From the NCBI GenBank assembly GCA_038496445.1, contig JALMLS010000079.1, positions 124,001 to 188,000 on the forward strand: a stretch of DNA of 64,000 bases, in the 5' to 3' direction. The DNA is from Trichosphaerium sp. ATCC 40318 (lineage: Eukaryota; Protista; Tubulinea). Below, piece after piece: positions 25,403-36,514 of this stretch (within the stretch, counting starts at the first letter, position 1; every line of letters starts with the position of its first letter). Position numbers and translations under genes: made by a program. The notes below the pieces were generated by a model that was not told the origin of the DNA, did not search any database, and saw only the letters and a list, made by a program, of their open reading frames with translations.

Positions 25403-25777
25403 AGTTATTGATTGTTTGTTTTGGGTTCAAAAAAAAACTGTTGATTTTTGACTACCTTAAACTTTATGGACTAAGTCGCTTCAATACACAACAATTGAAA
25501 GCCATTATTGGTATTTGAGAATGTTCCAAAATACCAATATTGGCTTGACAGTAGAAGCAGCCGAAATAGCCTTTAAGTTGGCTCACAAACTGTTGTTGTT
25601 ATTGAAGCCTTTACAAGCATTTCTCGTAAGCAATCGTGAATTGTATTTATTGAAATATAGGAGTGCAAGTTTAGACAAGGTGGTTGTACAAATTAAAACT
25701 ACCTCAGATCATGTAACACAGCTACTTGAAATACAACGTTTAACCCTAAGAAAATTCTGGGAAGTTGAAAAGTTTTT

Positions 25778-26974
25778 TCATTCTTTTCGTAATTTTTGGT
25801 AAACATCTTTCCAAGCATCCTCCACTGTTTCCTCTGCGTTTTCTACCTCAGTTTCATTTTGCTCTTCTTCCGCTACTTCTTGTTGTTCTTCTAGCTCTAC
25901 TTCCTCGACTTCCGCTGCTTGTTGTTCTTCCACCTCTACTTCTTCCTCGACTTGTTCTGCTACTTCTTCCTCGACTTCCGCTGCTTCTTGTTCTTCCACC
26001 TCTACTTCTTCCTCGACTTGTTCTGCTACTTCTTCCTCGACTTCCGCTGCTTCTTGTTTGTCCACCTCTTGTACTTCTTCTACCTCTACTTCTTCCTCGA
26101 CTTGTTCCGCTACTTCTGCCCCTTCTTCTGGCGGTAGCTTGTTGGAAACACGTTCAAGCATTCCTGTAAGTGTATGCTTATCAAGCCCTTTATCGTCTTG
26201 CGCTCTTAATTCCATGTAAACATTTCTCATAATATCAATTTCACGCTTAATAACTTGTTGATCCAGATAATCTGTACACTTTCTAGAAGGATACCACTGA
26301 TCTAATATCGTAATAGTCTCGCTAGCTAATTGAAAACTTCCGTCTTCTTTGGCTATCCTCATGAATAGAATAAAAGGCGTCAAGATAAAGTATTCTGCCT
26401 TCACCAGCAGTTTCAGTAGCGAAATCATCTCGATGTGTAAACTATTTCTGTCTTTTCTAGAGTCACGAACTAGAGAATGGGCTAAAGAGTCTCCTACCCG
26501 AACAATAGAACTTGAATCGATCAGGAACGGGTTCTTCTCTACTAGTTCTAGTATAGATGGCATAAGTCTTCCAAGCGTTCCTTTAGTATTGTGGGCGCTC
26601 ACCATCAACTCTAACGCTAAATTTTGTATTGCGAGTGGTTTTTCTTTTAATTGGGGCGGTACAAGACGCCATATCGTATCTACGACGTCCACAAGGCTCG
26701 TGAATGAACCAATATTTGTTGTAGTGCCCGCAATAGCTTGTAGAAACGAAGCATAGGCTTTAGGCTGTAATTGTGACAATGGAGCGCTGAGTAATTTTTC
26801 CGATGCCCAGCGAAAGCTGGTGTATGGCATGATGTTTAGAAGCTCCCTAATACGGGCTCCAAAAGTAAGGTGTCCTTTAGCTTCGTATGTGTCTTCAGCT
26901 GTCAGTGGCCGAACTGGTACCCTTTTTCGTATATTTATAGGCCTTCTAGTATAACCTACCACCTTACGCAACAT
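25778..26974 (-). CDS. Intronless hypothetical protein with a basic N-terminus (possible mitochondrial presequence) and a Glu-rich repeat tail
   Basis: Uninterrupted ORF of about 398 codons from ATG 26974 (MLRKVVGYTRRPINIRKRVPVRPL), with a helical core and an acidic tail. Confidence 0.7.
   Translation of the reverse strand: MLRKVVGYTRRPINIRKRVPVRPLTAEDTYEAKGHLTFGARIRELLNIMPYTSFRWASEKLLSAPLSQLQPKAYASFLQAIAGTTTNIGSFTSLVDVVDTIWRLVPPQLKEKPLAIQNLALELMVSAHNTKGTLGRLMPSILELVEKNPFLIDSSSIVRVGDSLAHSLVRDSRKDRNSLHIEMISLLKLLVKAEYFILTPFILFMRIAKEDGSFQLASETITILDQWYPSRKCTDYLDQQVIKREIDIMRNVYMELRAQDDKGLDKHTLTGMLERVSNKLPPEEGAEVAEQVEEEVEVEEVQEVDKQEAAEVEEEVAEQVEEEVEVEEQEAAEVEEEVAEQVEEEVEVEEQQAAEVEEVELEEQQEVAEEEQNETEVENAEETVEDAWKDVYQKLRKE
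25900..26120 (-). repeat. Coding tandem repeat, 66-bp unit (AAEVEEEVAEQVEEEVEVEEQE), about 3 copies
   Basis: TCCGCTGC recurs at 25911, 25977 and 26043, a period of 66. Confidence 0.9.
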
Positions 26975-27475
26975 CGAAACAAGCAAAGCACAACTGTTAG
27001 GGTAAAAAAACTTAAAAGTGTATGTCGACTTGCACTTAAACGTTTCCGCCTCTGTACGGGCTTTACATGCGTAAAAGAGCCAAGTTCGACTATTTGCATG
27101 CGTTTCAGGAGCGTTGTGAGCGAGAGGCAAAAAAGCGAAAACAGTGCGAGTTTTCTTTGTAAACACGCCAAAAAATGACAACAAACGCTACTGCTGACAA
27201 ATTTACGAGTTTTCTTTGTAAAACACGCTCTAAATGACAGGAAACTCGCACAATTTGCGCAAAGCGGAAATGTTTAAGTGGATGCCGACATAATAAACTT
27301 AAAAATAATATCTAAACCCTTCTTTGGTAATAAATCCCACAATGATAAAGCCCCAACATGATTAAACAAAGGCGTAGAAATGAAAACATAAAACCCGTTA
27401 TCATTCGCTTAAACGACCGTTAAAAACATTGAGAACGCGAAAAAGGCAACAAAGAAGTACACAATTAGACATAGA

Positions 27476-27825
27476 TAGAGGAGAGGTTGGTGCGGTCCCG
27501 GCTAAACAGGTAACAAAAATCTATGGCCGGTTAACCGACCGGCTAAGAAACTCCTCAACAACATCTGTAATCGGCTAAACCGTTTAAAGATGTGCGATTT
27601 TGTTAATGTTTCACCATTGCACCACATGCTTTTTTTACGTTTTACATGCTCTCAATGGCTTTGAATGCGTTAGTGTTCGATGCATAGGTACAAAGTGTAG
27701 TATTAGTATTAAGCAAAAAACATGCAAAAAATGGATGAGTTTTCCCTTATTTTTCTGAGCCGGTTATAGCCGGTCCCAATAACTTAAACGGCTAACCGGC
27801 TATAACCGTTTAGCGACCACCTCTA
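27476..27825. mobile_element. Non-autonomous hAT-type DNA transposon (MITE), 350 bp
   Basis: Termini TAGAGG...CCTCTA with imperfect longer TIRs, subterminal CCGGTTA/TAACCGG motifs, and a perfect 8-bp TSD GACATAGA at 27468-27475 and 27826-27833. Confidence 0.85.
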
Positions 27826-27942
27826 GACATAGAGTTTTTCTGAAATTGGCTTAAATCGAGTACCACAAAATGGATAAAAACAAGAATCAATCTGTTTTTT
27901 TTTAAAGCACCTTAGGTATTTATCTTACATTCTATTCTATCA

Positions 27943-29243
27943 TCAAAAACTTCTTCCACCCATCATTTGCATAGCAGTCTCATAGGTAAAAAACATGGAT
28001 GCATTAACTGGCAATGCACGACACATGCATGGAACAAACCCTTTATAGAAACCACGCCATCCCTCTGTTTTCATGATATACTTGGCACATTGGAAAGAGC
28101 TACAATTAAAGAGAAAACGTTAGTGAGAAATAAAAGCGTGTCCAAACAATAACACCAACCTTGAATATTTTCGTTTTGCTACATTGAAAGAATCTGCTTG
28201 GATTTTTGACTTAATAACGTCTATTGGGTACGATGAAAGCCAATAGGAGTATCCTCCTATTGATCCACACATCATGACAAGCAATGGATTAATATCAGCA
28301 ACTGTCTTGCCTTCAGGTACTACCTGCCTTAAAGCGAACTAACTTAAACATTAGAATTTTTTTTCGTTTTGTATTTTTTGGAATATCTCCGTACCTCATA
28401 GCTTAGAAACCATGATGCAAACGCAGGCATCTCCCTGCATAATGTTATACCGTAACCTTTCATTGGTGCTAATACACCGTGCTCTTTAACAACAGTTTTT
28501 AAAAAATTGAAAAGTCCCTTATTTTTCTTGGTTTGAAGTTGTAGTTTTATACGCAATCCCTCGATAGGTGTTGAAAGAATACATCCGGCAAACCCTGCAA
28601 ATGCACCTGACATATATATTTGAGGATATGTTAGGCGCCTAGAGGTATTTATGAGATAGACATTGTGACACGGAAAGAAACTCATTTCGAACAAAGAACG
28701 CACTTTGTTTTATCATTTCCATTGAACCAAGCACGTGCTTGACTATTAGCAGCAAACTGAACGCTAGCACAAGCTCCAGTGAGTACCATGGGTATAGCTA
28801 AAGTTACCAGTTAGTACTTGTACAAAAGGGGTGAACAGTAAACAGTACACTAAAGAAGACGTACCCATGCCCTTAAAAAAAGATAAAGGACCTTCGTTTT
28901 TAGTCATTTTTATCACGCAATCTAATGGCCCTTTGTACGTTGGATTTGACTTGAGTTGTGTCTGTAGTCTCACTTTGACGCTATATTTCGGACGTTAACG
29001 ACATTTTTGAGTATAAAGTGTTAAACTAGCTTATACTTTAGCGATTCGCGTTGTTTTAGCGATAAAAGAGCCGTACGTATCAAATGGCTGTCCTACGAAG
29101 ACTTGCGCAAAACCAGCAAGTTGTCCCGCTGTATAATCCTTCATAAATCGCGTAGTACGACTCTCTAGCGTTGTGTTAGAACACTCTTCGAACCACATAA
29201 TTTTATGGCTTCTTTTACCATTAATTGCCTCCTCCGATGCCAT
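27943..29243 (-). CDS. Mitochondrial carrier (SLC25, carnitine/ornithine carrier-like), 5 introns
   Basis: Three Px[DE]xx[KR] motifs: PFDTVKVRLQ, PIEGLRIKLQ and PIDVIKSKIQ. Also REMP and RALPVNA. Confidence 0.92.
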
Positions 29244-29762
29244 CTTTGTTATGTATCACTACCTTTCACCTGTTAGATCTGCTTCAAACCTTGTTTGGTT
29301 AATTTTAGAGCGTGTTTTTTGATTCACATAAACAAAACTCGTGAAAATAGGTGACTCAGCTTTTTTGTTGCACAAGTAGTTTTTATTGACTGTTTGACTT
29401 TCATTATGTATTAATTTCGGTTGTGATGTAACTAACAGTTTTCTGTTATTATTTTACAGTCTTTCACGTGAAAGTAGTACTGAACATTGCTGGTGTCAAC
29501 AGCTTTTTGTGAACACACGTTGAACTTCTGATGACTCTTGAATAACTGAGGACATCACTGTTGTAGTAAAACACGTGGCTATCTTCTATCATGTGGATCG
29601 TATCTAGACCAGCGCGCTGGATCTTTTCTGCCTTCTAGGTCGCAATCATTATCACATAGTACCAAGTTATAAAACTATTACGCCGAAAACAATTTATTCT
29701 TTTTTTTTTCGTTAACTTTTTTTGGGCTAACTTTATCACGTGCAATTAAAGTTACAATTTTT

Positions 29763-31430
29763 CTATCGAATATGCTTTTGTGCTTCTGGTGTTAAAAAAG
29801 GAGCTGCAACATTTGTAAAAGCACGTCTCATTGTACTTGAGCACTTATAAAAATTGCAATGTGTAATCCTAGAAAAAAAATAAGACTTTTTTGAAAAGTT
29901 CACTCCTTATTCAGTGTATTAGTTACTTACCCAACTTTTACGTTTATAATTCTTGTCATGTTTCTATCGAACTTTAGTAAAAGTTCCCACTCAAAATCAA
30001 AGTAGTTAATAGGATCCTAAACCAGAAAAAACCGTCAAAATCTCAAGCGGTTTTTTCAGTGCTGCAAACCTTTGTGATATATTCTTGCTTCCTCTTGTGC
30101 CGAACTTCAAGCCCTGATTTTACAAAACGCATCTTTATCTCCCAAAAGTCTGTGTCTTTAAACGGACATTTTACGGCAATAACCATATATAAGAGCTTTA
30201 GTGCAGGAGCAATAATGTTTTGATTCAGCAACTATTACAAAAAAAGTTATGTAAAAAAAAATCGAAGGAAGTTTGTTCTTGGCATCATTCGGTGCTGCTG
30301 TTCGTGCCTTCAATGTCTGTCGTGTCATTCTATAGCATTTATCATCTTCCAATAAGTGATTTGTAAAAAGCTGTCCAAGCGCACTTGGTACAGATGAACT
30401 CTCGCCAAGTTGTTTGAAAGCATCTTGTAAAGCTCTTAACTTTACAATTGCATAATTTTCAACATCGTATATCAATTGTGCGTGATGAAATATAGCTGTC
30501 AGTAAATATAGTGTTTCCTTATATCCCAGATAATCTAATCAAAGTGAAAAACACGAGAGAAAGCAATTGAGCGCCGTACCACCAACAGGATAAAAGAAAA
30601 TTTCCTTATTTGTATCATCAAAAAGCTTCACTTTTGATGCGAGCCTTAAAACGTTAGATGTATCCTTACTTTCTAATGTACCTCGGTATATCTTTATCTG
30701 ATGTAAGATCTTCCAGTGGAGTTTTAAACAGCTCCGAAAGCGTTCCATGAAGGTCAAAAGTAGAAAGAACTAAAAGAGTAAGAATGAAATTATTATTTTA
30801 CTTCGAAGATGCACTAACATGCGTGAGTACCTCCTTCATGCCTTGCTGATAATACAGCCCTACCAAGTACATCCAACCATACATCACACTCTAACCACAC
30901 AATTATAAAACAAGAAGCCAGTTGACTTACAAAGATTGAGCTCTAAACAAAGAAAAAAAGTTCGTTACCTTTTTCGGATTCACATTGGAGGTAGTAAGTC
31001 CGCTTCTTTGTTTGGATGTAGAAACAGTTTGTTTTTATACCATACTCAGTTTTCCTCATCCCTAAAACGTTTTTCATATCCTCTGTGCCAAGAGGTTTGC
31101 CCTATCCACTTAATCATTAACGGGGTATTCGTATTGCTTTATTAATCACATAATTGATATTATCACGTGATAAATCACGTGGTACTAGCGTTAATTATCT
31201 ACTTACTGGTGATGGATCTGGGAAATATCTTAGCACTCCTTCTGATAGTACAAACCACCTCTTACCCCACTTGTGGCGCATATGAGCCTATTGACAATCA
31301 TTTTTTTCGGCTTTTAAAAAAACGAACAACTTTAAAGGTTTACGGCGCTAGTTCGCACTTTATAGAAAATATTCAAGATCTCTTAGTTTCCAATTACCTT
31401 TTTATTGAGCCACCCTTGCTTGTTCGTCAT
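29763..31430 (-). CDS. PH-domain protein with a GlfB-C-terminal-like domain
   Basis: PH: KQGWLNKK..KWGKRWFVL..LRYF..KPLG..CFYIQTKKRTYYLQCESEKECDVWL. C-terminus LLNQNIIAPA..PFKD..W.I..V.HKR..FDFEWELLLKFD resembles the amoebozoan GlfB-like C-terminal domain, recognised from memory. Confidence 0.75.
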
Positions 31431-31860
31431 TTTGTGTCTTGGTTTTTTATTGATAAGTTACTTGACGAACTCTTAAATCGTTTGACTAATGTGATCAGCT
31501 TTTTCAGGCACGCGGTGTTTGTTGTCTATGATTTTACGGGTTAGGCTATTCAAAGTAAGCATGCCTAGCCAAATGAGCCACTCTGAAAACACCTCGCGAA
31601 AGGAGTATACTAACCTGAGGAGCGAAGCTCATATGTCAATTAAGTCCAAAGATTGTTCTCACGTGTTGCAGCAAGCTCCTTTTGCCTACACTATGTTTGA
31701 CTTTCTAAACAGCTTAAGAGTACTACTACCCTGTTGCTGTGTGGGCGATAAAGCAGGTAGATGTTTAATAGCTCTACATCCTTCCACAGGTCCTTACAGG
31801 CGCTTAAAGGATAGGTGCGTTCTTTTTTTTGAATGCTATACCCTGATACACGTTTTTAGT

Positions 31861-32060
31861 GATTACTTATTCAATGTTCATCTTGGAGATTCTGGTGTTG
31901 GAAAAAGTTGCATGTATTCAGATTCGTGGATGACATTTACAAAAATCATAGATATCAACTATAGGTTGAATGCACAGGGTCGTACAGTATAGCCATCTGC
32001 TCAATTTGTTCAGCGTGTGGAACTTTAGGAATGTCAAATACTTTGTTTTGACACTGCAAA
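31861..32060 (+). pseudogene. Rab1-like small GTPase pseudogene fragment
   Basis: DYLF..LGDSGVGKSCM/FRFVDDIY/ISTIG spread across frameshifts, with DTA downstream. It is preceded by a TTTTAG acceptor. Confidence 0.75.
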
Positions 32061-32580
32061 CCAATTTACAAAGCAATAAGTGGCTTGCTTCGAACGATCT
32101 ACACAAAGTCCAAAAACAGTTGCACAAAAAGTTGTGTATCTTTGTACAAATTAATGAGGCGTGCACTAACAGCACATTCTGTGTATTTTGATTACACTGA
32201 GCATAAAACGTTGCGGAAAAAAAGATGAGTGTCGAATTGGGAATGCAATCCATTCGGTGGCCGCCAGTCGTCAGCGGCCAAGTGAATAAGGAACAAATAT
32301 TTCGTCGATGTGTCCCAAGTGACTACACCCCGTGGCTCATCAACATTACAGGAAAGGCAAAGTGTTTAAATCTAGCGAAAAGAATAAAGAAAAAAAAAGT
32401 GGGAAACGAAATCTTACCACTTTTCTACATTCACGAAAAAAAAGGAATTTCTTTTAAACTTGGTAGATTGTTTGTTACTTAGTCTTATTGAACATATCGA
32501 AACTAGACTTTCGAGGATACTTTAGTTAAGTAAATATGAACCAAATGTTGGTTAAGAATAAATAATTTTTATTTTGAGTT

Positions 32581-35106
32581 TCAAAGACCACGGACAGCTC
32601 CATCCATAGCGCCGTCAATTCGAGGTCTGGTGGTGCGTACAATTTTAGGTGCATGTACACGATTTGATGTAGCCATTGGTTGTAATGTGACAACGTATGT
32701 TGGTAATATGTGCTCACCTGAAAGTAAGTTTAGAAAAAAAATTGAAGTTGATCTTTTGGTTGGCGTACGGTTGAACATTATTATCTCAGAGGCATGAGGT
32801 GATTGTTTTGGGTAGTGTACAAAGTGTGATTGATATCCATCTACAACATTATTCACGTTTTCATTCTCGAGAATTGGATAAATGTTACCAGGAGCAATAT
32901 ACTAAAAATGATAATAAGAATTCAATTTGCGGTACTTTTTTAGACTTACACAAACGAGCATTGTTAAAGTACCATCCTCATTTTGTTTGGCATATTTCTT
33001 AATATAATTTACAGAAGAAGATAGCCGAACACGGTCAGTTTGTGAATCTAAAGAATAACGTCAAAAAAAAAGTTCAGGAAAAAAAAAGAAAAAAAAAAGT
33101 TCATACCTTTTGACAAGTCTGTATTGAAGCCTCGGCTTATTGAATGTCTTAATGATGAAGTAGATTTACAAGCATATATAGCTGGGATAATAGGTAAATC
33201 ATATTCACCTGTATCTTTGTTCCAACCAACATTATTTACAAGGGTATTATATACTTGTAGAGAACTTTCTCTTCTTTTCTTTTCTTCATTTTCTATTCCA
33301 TTACTATCCTTCTTCCATTTTGCATTATTAAACAGGTTTGGAAATACTCTGTGTCCAGTCGCTAGCTTTTGTTTCTACAGTTACGGTGAGAAGAAAGAAG
33401 GAATCATAAATTTGTTTTGATCTGATAAACGTACACCAACTTCGAAGGCTTTCTGAAGTCTGTCGTTCTTGATTGCTTTGGCGCTTACAATTTTGAAATT
33501 ACTGCCGTCCAAATATGCCATTAAACGGTGAAGTCTCTCATACTCAAAAGGCTCAAGTATCTACGATATAAGATAAGCAACTCTGAAAGAAAAAAAAAAC
33601 TGACAGTCTAAATAGGAAAAATTGAACAAGAAAGTTCGTACATCTCCCTTGCGAATTATATGGCACGTTTTATAAGAAGCGGGATTTTTCCCATGACTTT
33701 TCCATGATCCATATTTTAAGAAAGTATCAGCAAAACGCCTAGAGTGGTGTGTAAGCTTCTCTAGGATTAAATAAACTATAAAAAAAAATTTACCAAGGGA
33801 ACAATGGGCATCCAAGTGACCACCAAGCTACTTCTCCTTGAGGTTGACAATTCGCTTGTAAGTTTGTAACGTAACGTGCATAATCTAAGAATAATAAATA
33901 TCAGATAAGAAACGAAACATACTGAGATATTCATCACAAAAAAAAATCAAGTTTTTCTTTTTTTTTTAGTCGCTTTTTTCTTACCACTTTTCAACTTTAC
34001 TATTCTGCTTTCTATCTGAGTGCAAACAGGTAGAGATAATCCCATGTTTAACAAGTCATTCTTCTTCAGTTTAAGCATCTGATCACCACTTTAAACCAAA
34101 AAAAAATTAGAATAAAAAAAAATAAATCACGTGTTAAAGTGTGTACGCACGTGATTCCTTTTTCTAAAAAAGGTTTCTTGGCATATGAGCTTATATTACC
34201 GACTTCTCTAGCAACCTTTTTAGAGCACCAGAAAGGAGGAGCAAGCTCTTTAAGTCTAATGACTTTAACATTGACTTTTACTGTAAACTCAATATCATTG
34301 AAAGTCCTCAAGATACCACTCCCATTATCGTTTACCCACTTTGCATACACTGTACCCTCATGAGGAAGATATAATGTTCCGTAACCGTGTTGCATGTTAT
34401 CCTTCCAAGAACCGACGTATTTTGTACCATCGTAATAAGTAAACATGCCAATACCGTCTTTATCATTGTTCTTCCACTGACCCGAATATTTTGCTCCACG
34501 AAGCAACGTCATTGTACCATCACCATGTTTCTTATCTTTAACCCATCCACCAGTATAAGAACAACCATTAGGCATCACTAGCGTCCCACGACCTTGGCGC
34601 AAGCCATTTTCGTATTGTCCTTTAAAAGTTGACCCATCAGGCCATATAAACGTTCCTTTACCGTGATACTTCCCTTCACGCCATTGACCACTATACGTTG
34701 ACCCATCTGAGTATTTAAACGTGCCAGTCCCGTGACGTTTATCATTTTTAAATTGGCCCGTATACTCCGCTCCCTTTATACCTGTAAAACAACCATCTCC
34801 ATGCCGTTTACCCTCTTTCCAGGCTCCAAAATACGATCCACGGCGATGGTACATTGCCATACCAACACCATGTGGCTTACCATTTTGTATTTCGCCTGTA
34901 TATTGCCAGTATCTGAACTCTAGGGTACCAGCACTGCGTTTTTGTTAGTGAAAACCCAAAAAAAAAGAAAAACACTGTTTTTTGTCTTTGTCGTTAATCA
35001 AAAACACGTGATTTTCAGTTGAAACAACGTACAGAGAACTCATGTTTCTTCGTGCAAAATGCCGTTTTCTGGTCCTAACTCGGCTTGTAAGACTATCAAT
35101 TTCCAT
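32581..35106 (-). CDS. MORN-repeat + SAM + degenerate PARP-like ART domain protein, about 8 introns
   Basis: About 8 MORN repeats (Y.G.W..G.RHG.G). SAM-like WCSKKV...F.EKGITGDQMLKLKKNDLLNMGL. ART-like PIIPAIYAC, PGNIYPILE, GYQSHFV, EIIMF and HILPTYVV. Confidence 0.82.
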
Positions 35107-36514
35107 GCTTTTCTTTCGGTAATAATATCGCAGGTTATGTTATTTGGGTTTTTCTCTGTTTGTTGTGATGTGTTGCTTATCGTGTTTGGTTTGGGAGTAA
35201 TTGGGTACGCTGCGGGTTAGCTGAACGCTCTTCACAAGCTTCACAACTAAAGTGTACTTTGTGACGCGATATCGGTAGTTCATTACGTTCAAGTACTCAA
35301 GGAGCAGTATATAAACATTTTTAGAGCGTATTCAGACCATTATAGTAAATCGTTCTGGAATTTACGCTTATACGCGTCAAACTCCGTAACATCTTAGCGT
35401 AGTGCAAGATCTACAATAGTAAGGCTACAGGAGCTTTTTTCCAAATGGAAGTATTAAAAAAGGCCGTTGTGAATAGCCAATTTGTTTGAGAACAGTTCGA
35501 ATACCTTTCGACAAGGAAGGGAGGCTTTTAAGACATTTCGATCATGGAAGCAACGAAAGCAGCTTCAGTTGAGTGAGAGTTCCCAGACAAGTAAGACAAA
35601 AAGCAAGGCTAAAAGTCAAAGCGGCTTACAAAACTCAAAGTGAGAAAATTAATAGCTGTGATCAGATTGCTGCTTCATTTCTTCAATACCTTACGGGATA
35701 TTGGGAACCAAATCAACTACTGCACACAAAATACTACAGCCAGCCCACTAGGCTTGTATACCCTCTACTCAATAACAAGTTCTAGAACAAAAATAAAGTT
35801 GCTAGAGATTGTCAATAAATTCATCTCCAATTTTTTTGTTATGGTAGATTGTGACCACTTCTTGTTTGATTGTTTACGATGGTGAAAATGCATTTTCATT
35901 GTAAATTGATCTAGTGAAAAAGTGATACGTGGAATGTTCTCATAAGCTGAAATGAAAAAAACCTGTTCGTAACACGTGAGCCGTGTCAAAGCATAAAACT
36001 AGAAACTAGTATCTCGTTAACGAGGGGTGGAAAGCTGTAATTCACACACAATTAGTCTGTGAATTAGGTAACTGCCACTCTAGTGTAGAGTACGTGCGTA
36101 ACGGCAATGTGACGATCTGGAGGGTATTCTGATAATCTTGAGAAAGTTGGTATAACGCGTCGTACCATTACCACTTTCGACTTACAGTTTTGAGTATTCT
36201 AGATATCTAGAGGCGACAGTTAAGCTTCGTTTCGTTTCGTTTCACATGTCTCGTGGCCTACGAGTTCTCGGGTTGGCGCTTATAAATGCCAAGCAGGTGT
36301 ACAAACAACAGCGAGGTAGCCATGGAGATATCTTAGTGGGTAGTACTACCTGAAAATACAAGAAAAAACATCGGTTAACGTTTGGGATACAGACCAACAA
36401 CGTGAAGGCGTCTTCAAACCTGATACCGCCACGTGGGAAAATTAGTTGGAAATATTTGCCAACAATGTGCGATTTTAAAGAAGTGAATTACCATAATTCT
36501 AAGCCTTAAACACG

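Noticed and set aside
25765-26169. Leu/Pro- and Phe-rich hydrophobic ORFs
   Set aside because: They are antisense to the Glu-rich repeat.
30660-30671. GTATCCTTACTT, identical to the U12 donor at 8270
   Set aside because: It is antisense within an intron of a minus-strand gene, and no plus-strand gene is present.
30560-30760. RhoGAP domain after the PH domain (LFKTPLEDL..DIP)
   Set aside because: There is no arginine-finger motif, and the downstream sequence fits a different domain.
30931-30942. 12-nt AG/GT-bounded cassette that would create a TAG (poison exon) in the PH gene
   Set aside because: The PH domain is complete without it, and it cannot be told from chance splice-like sites without RNA data.
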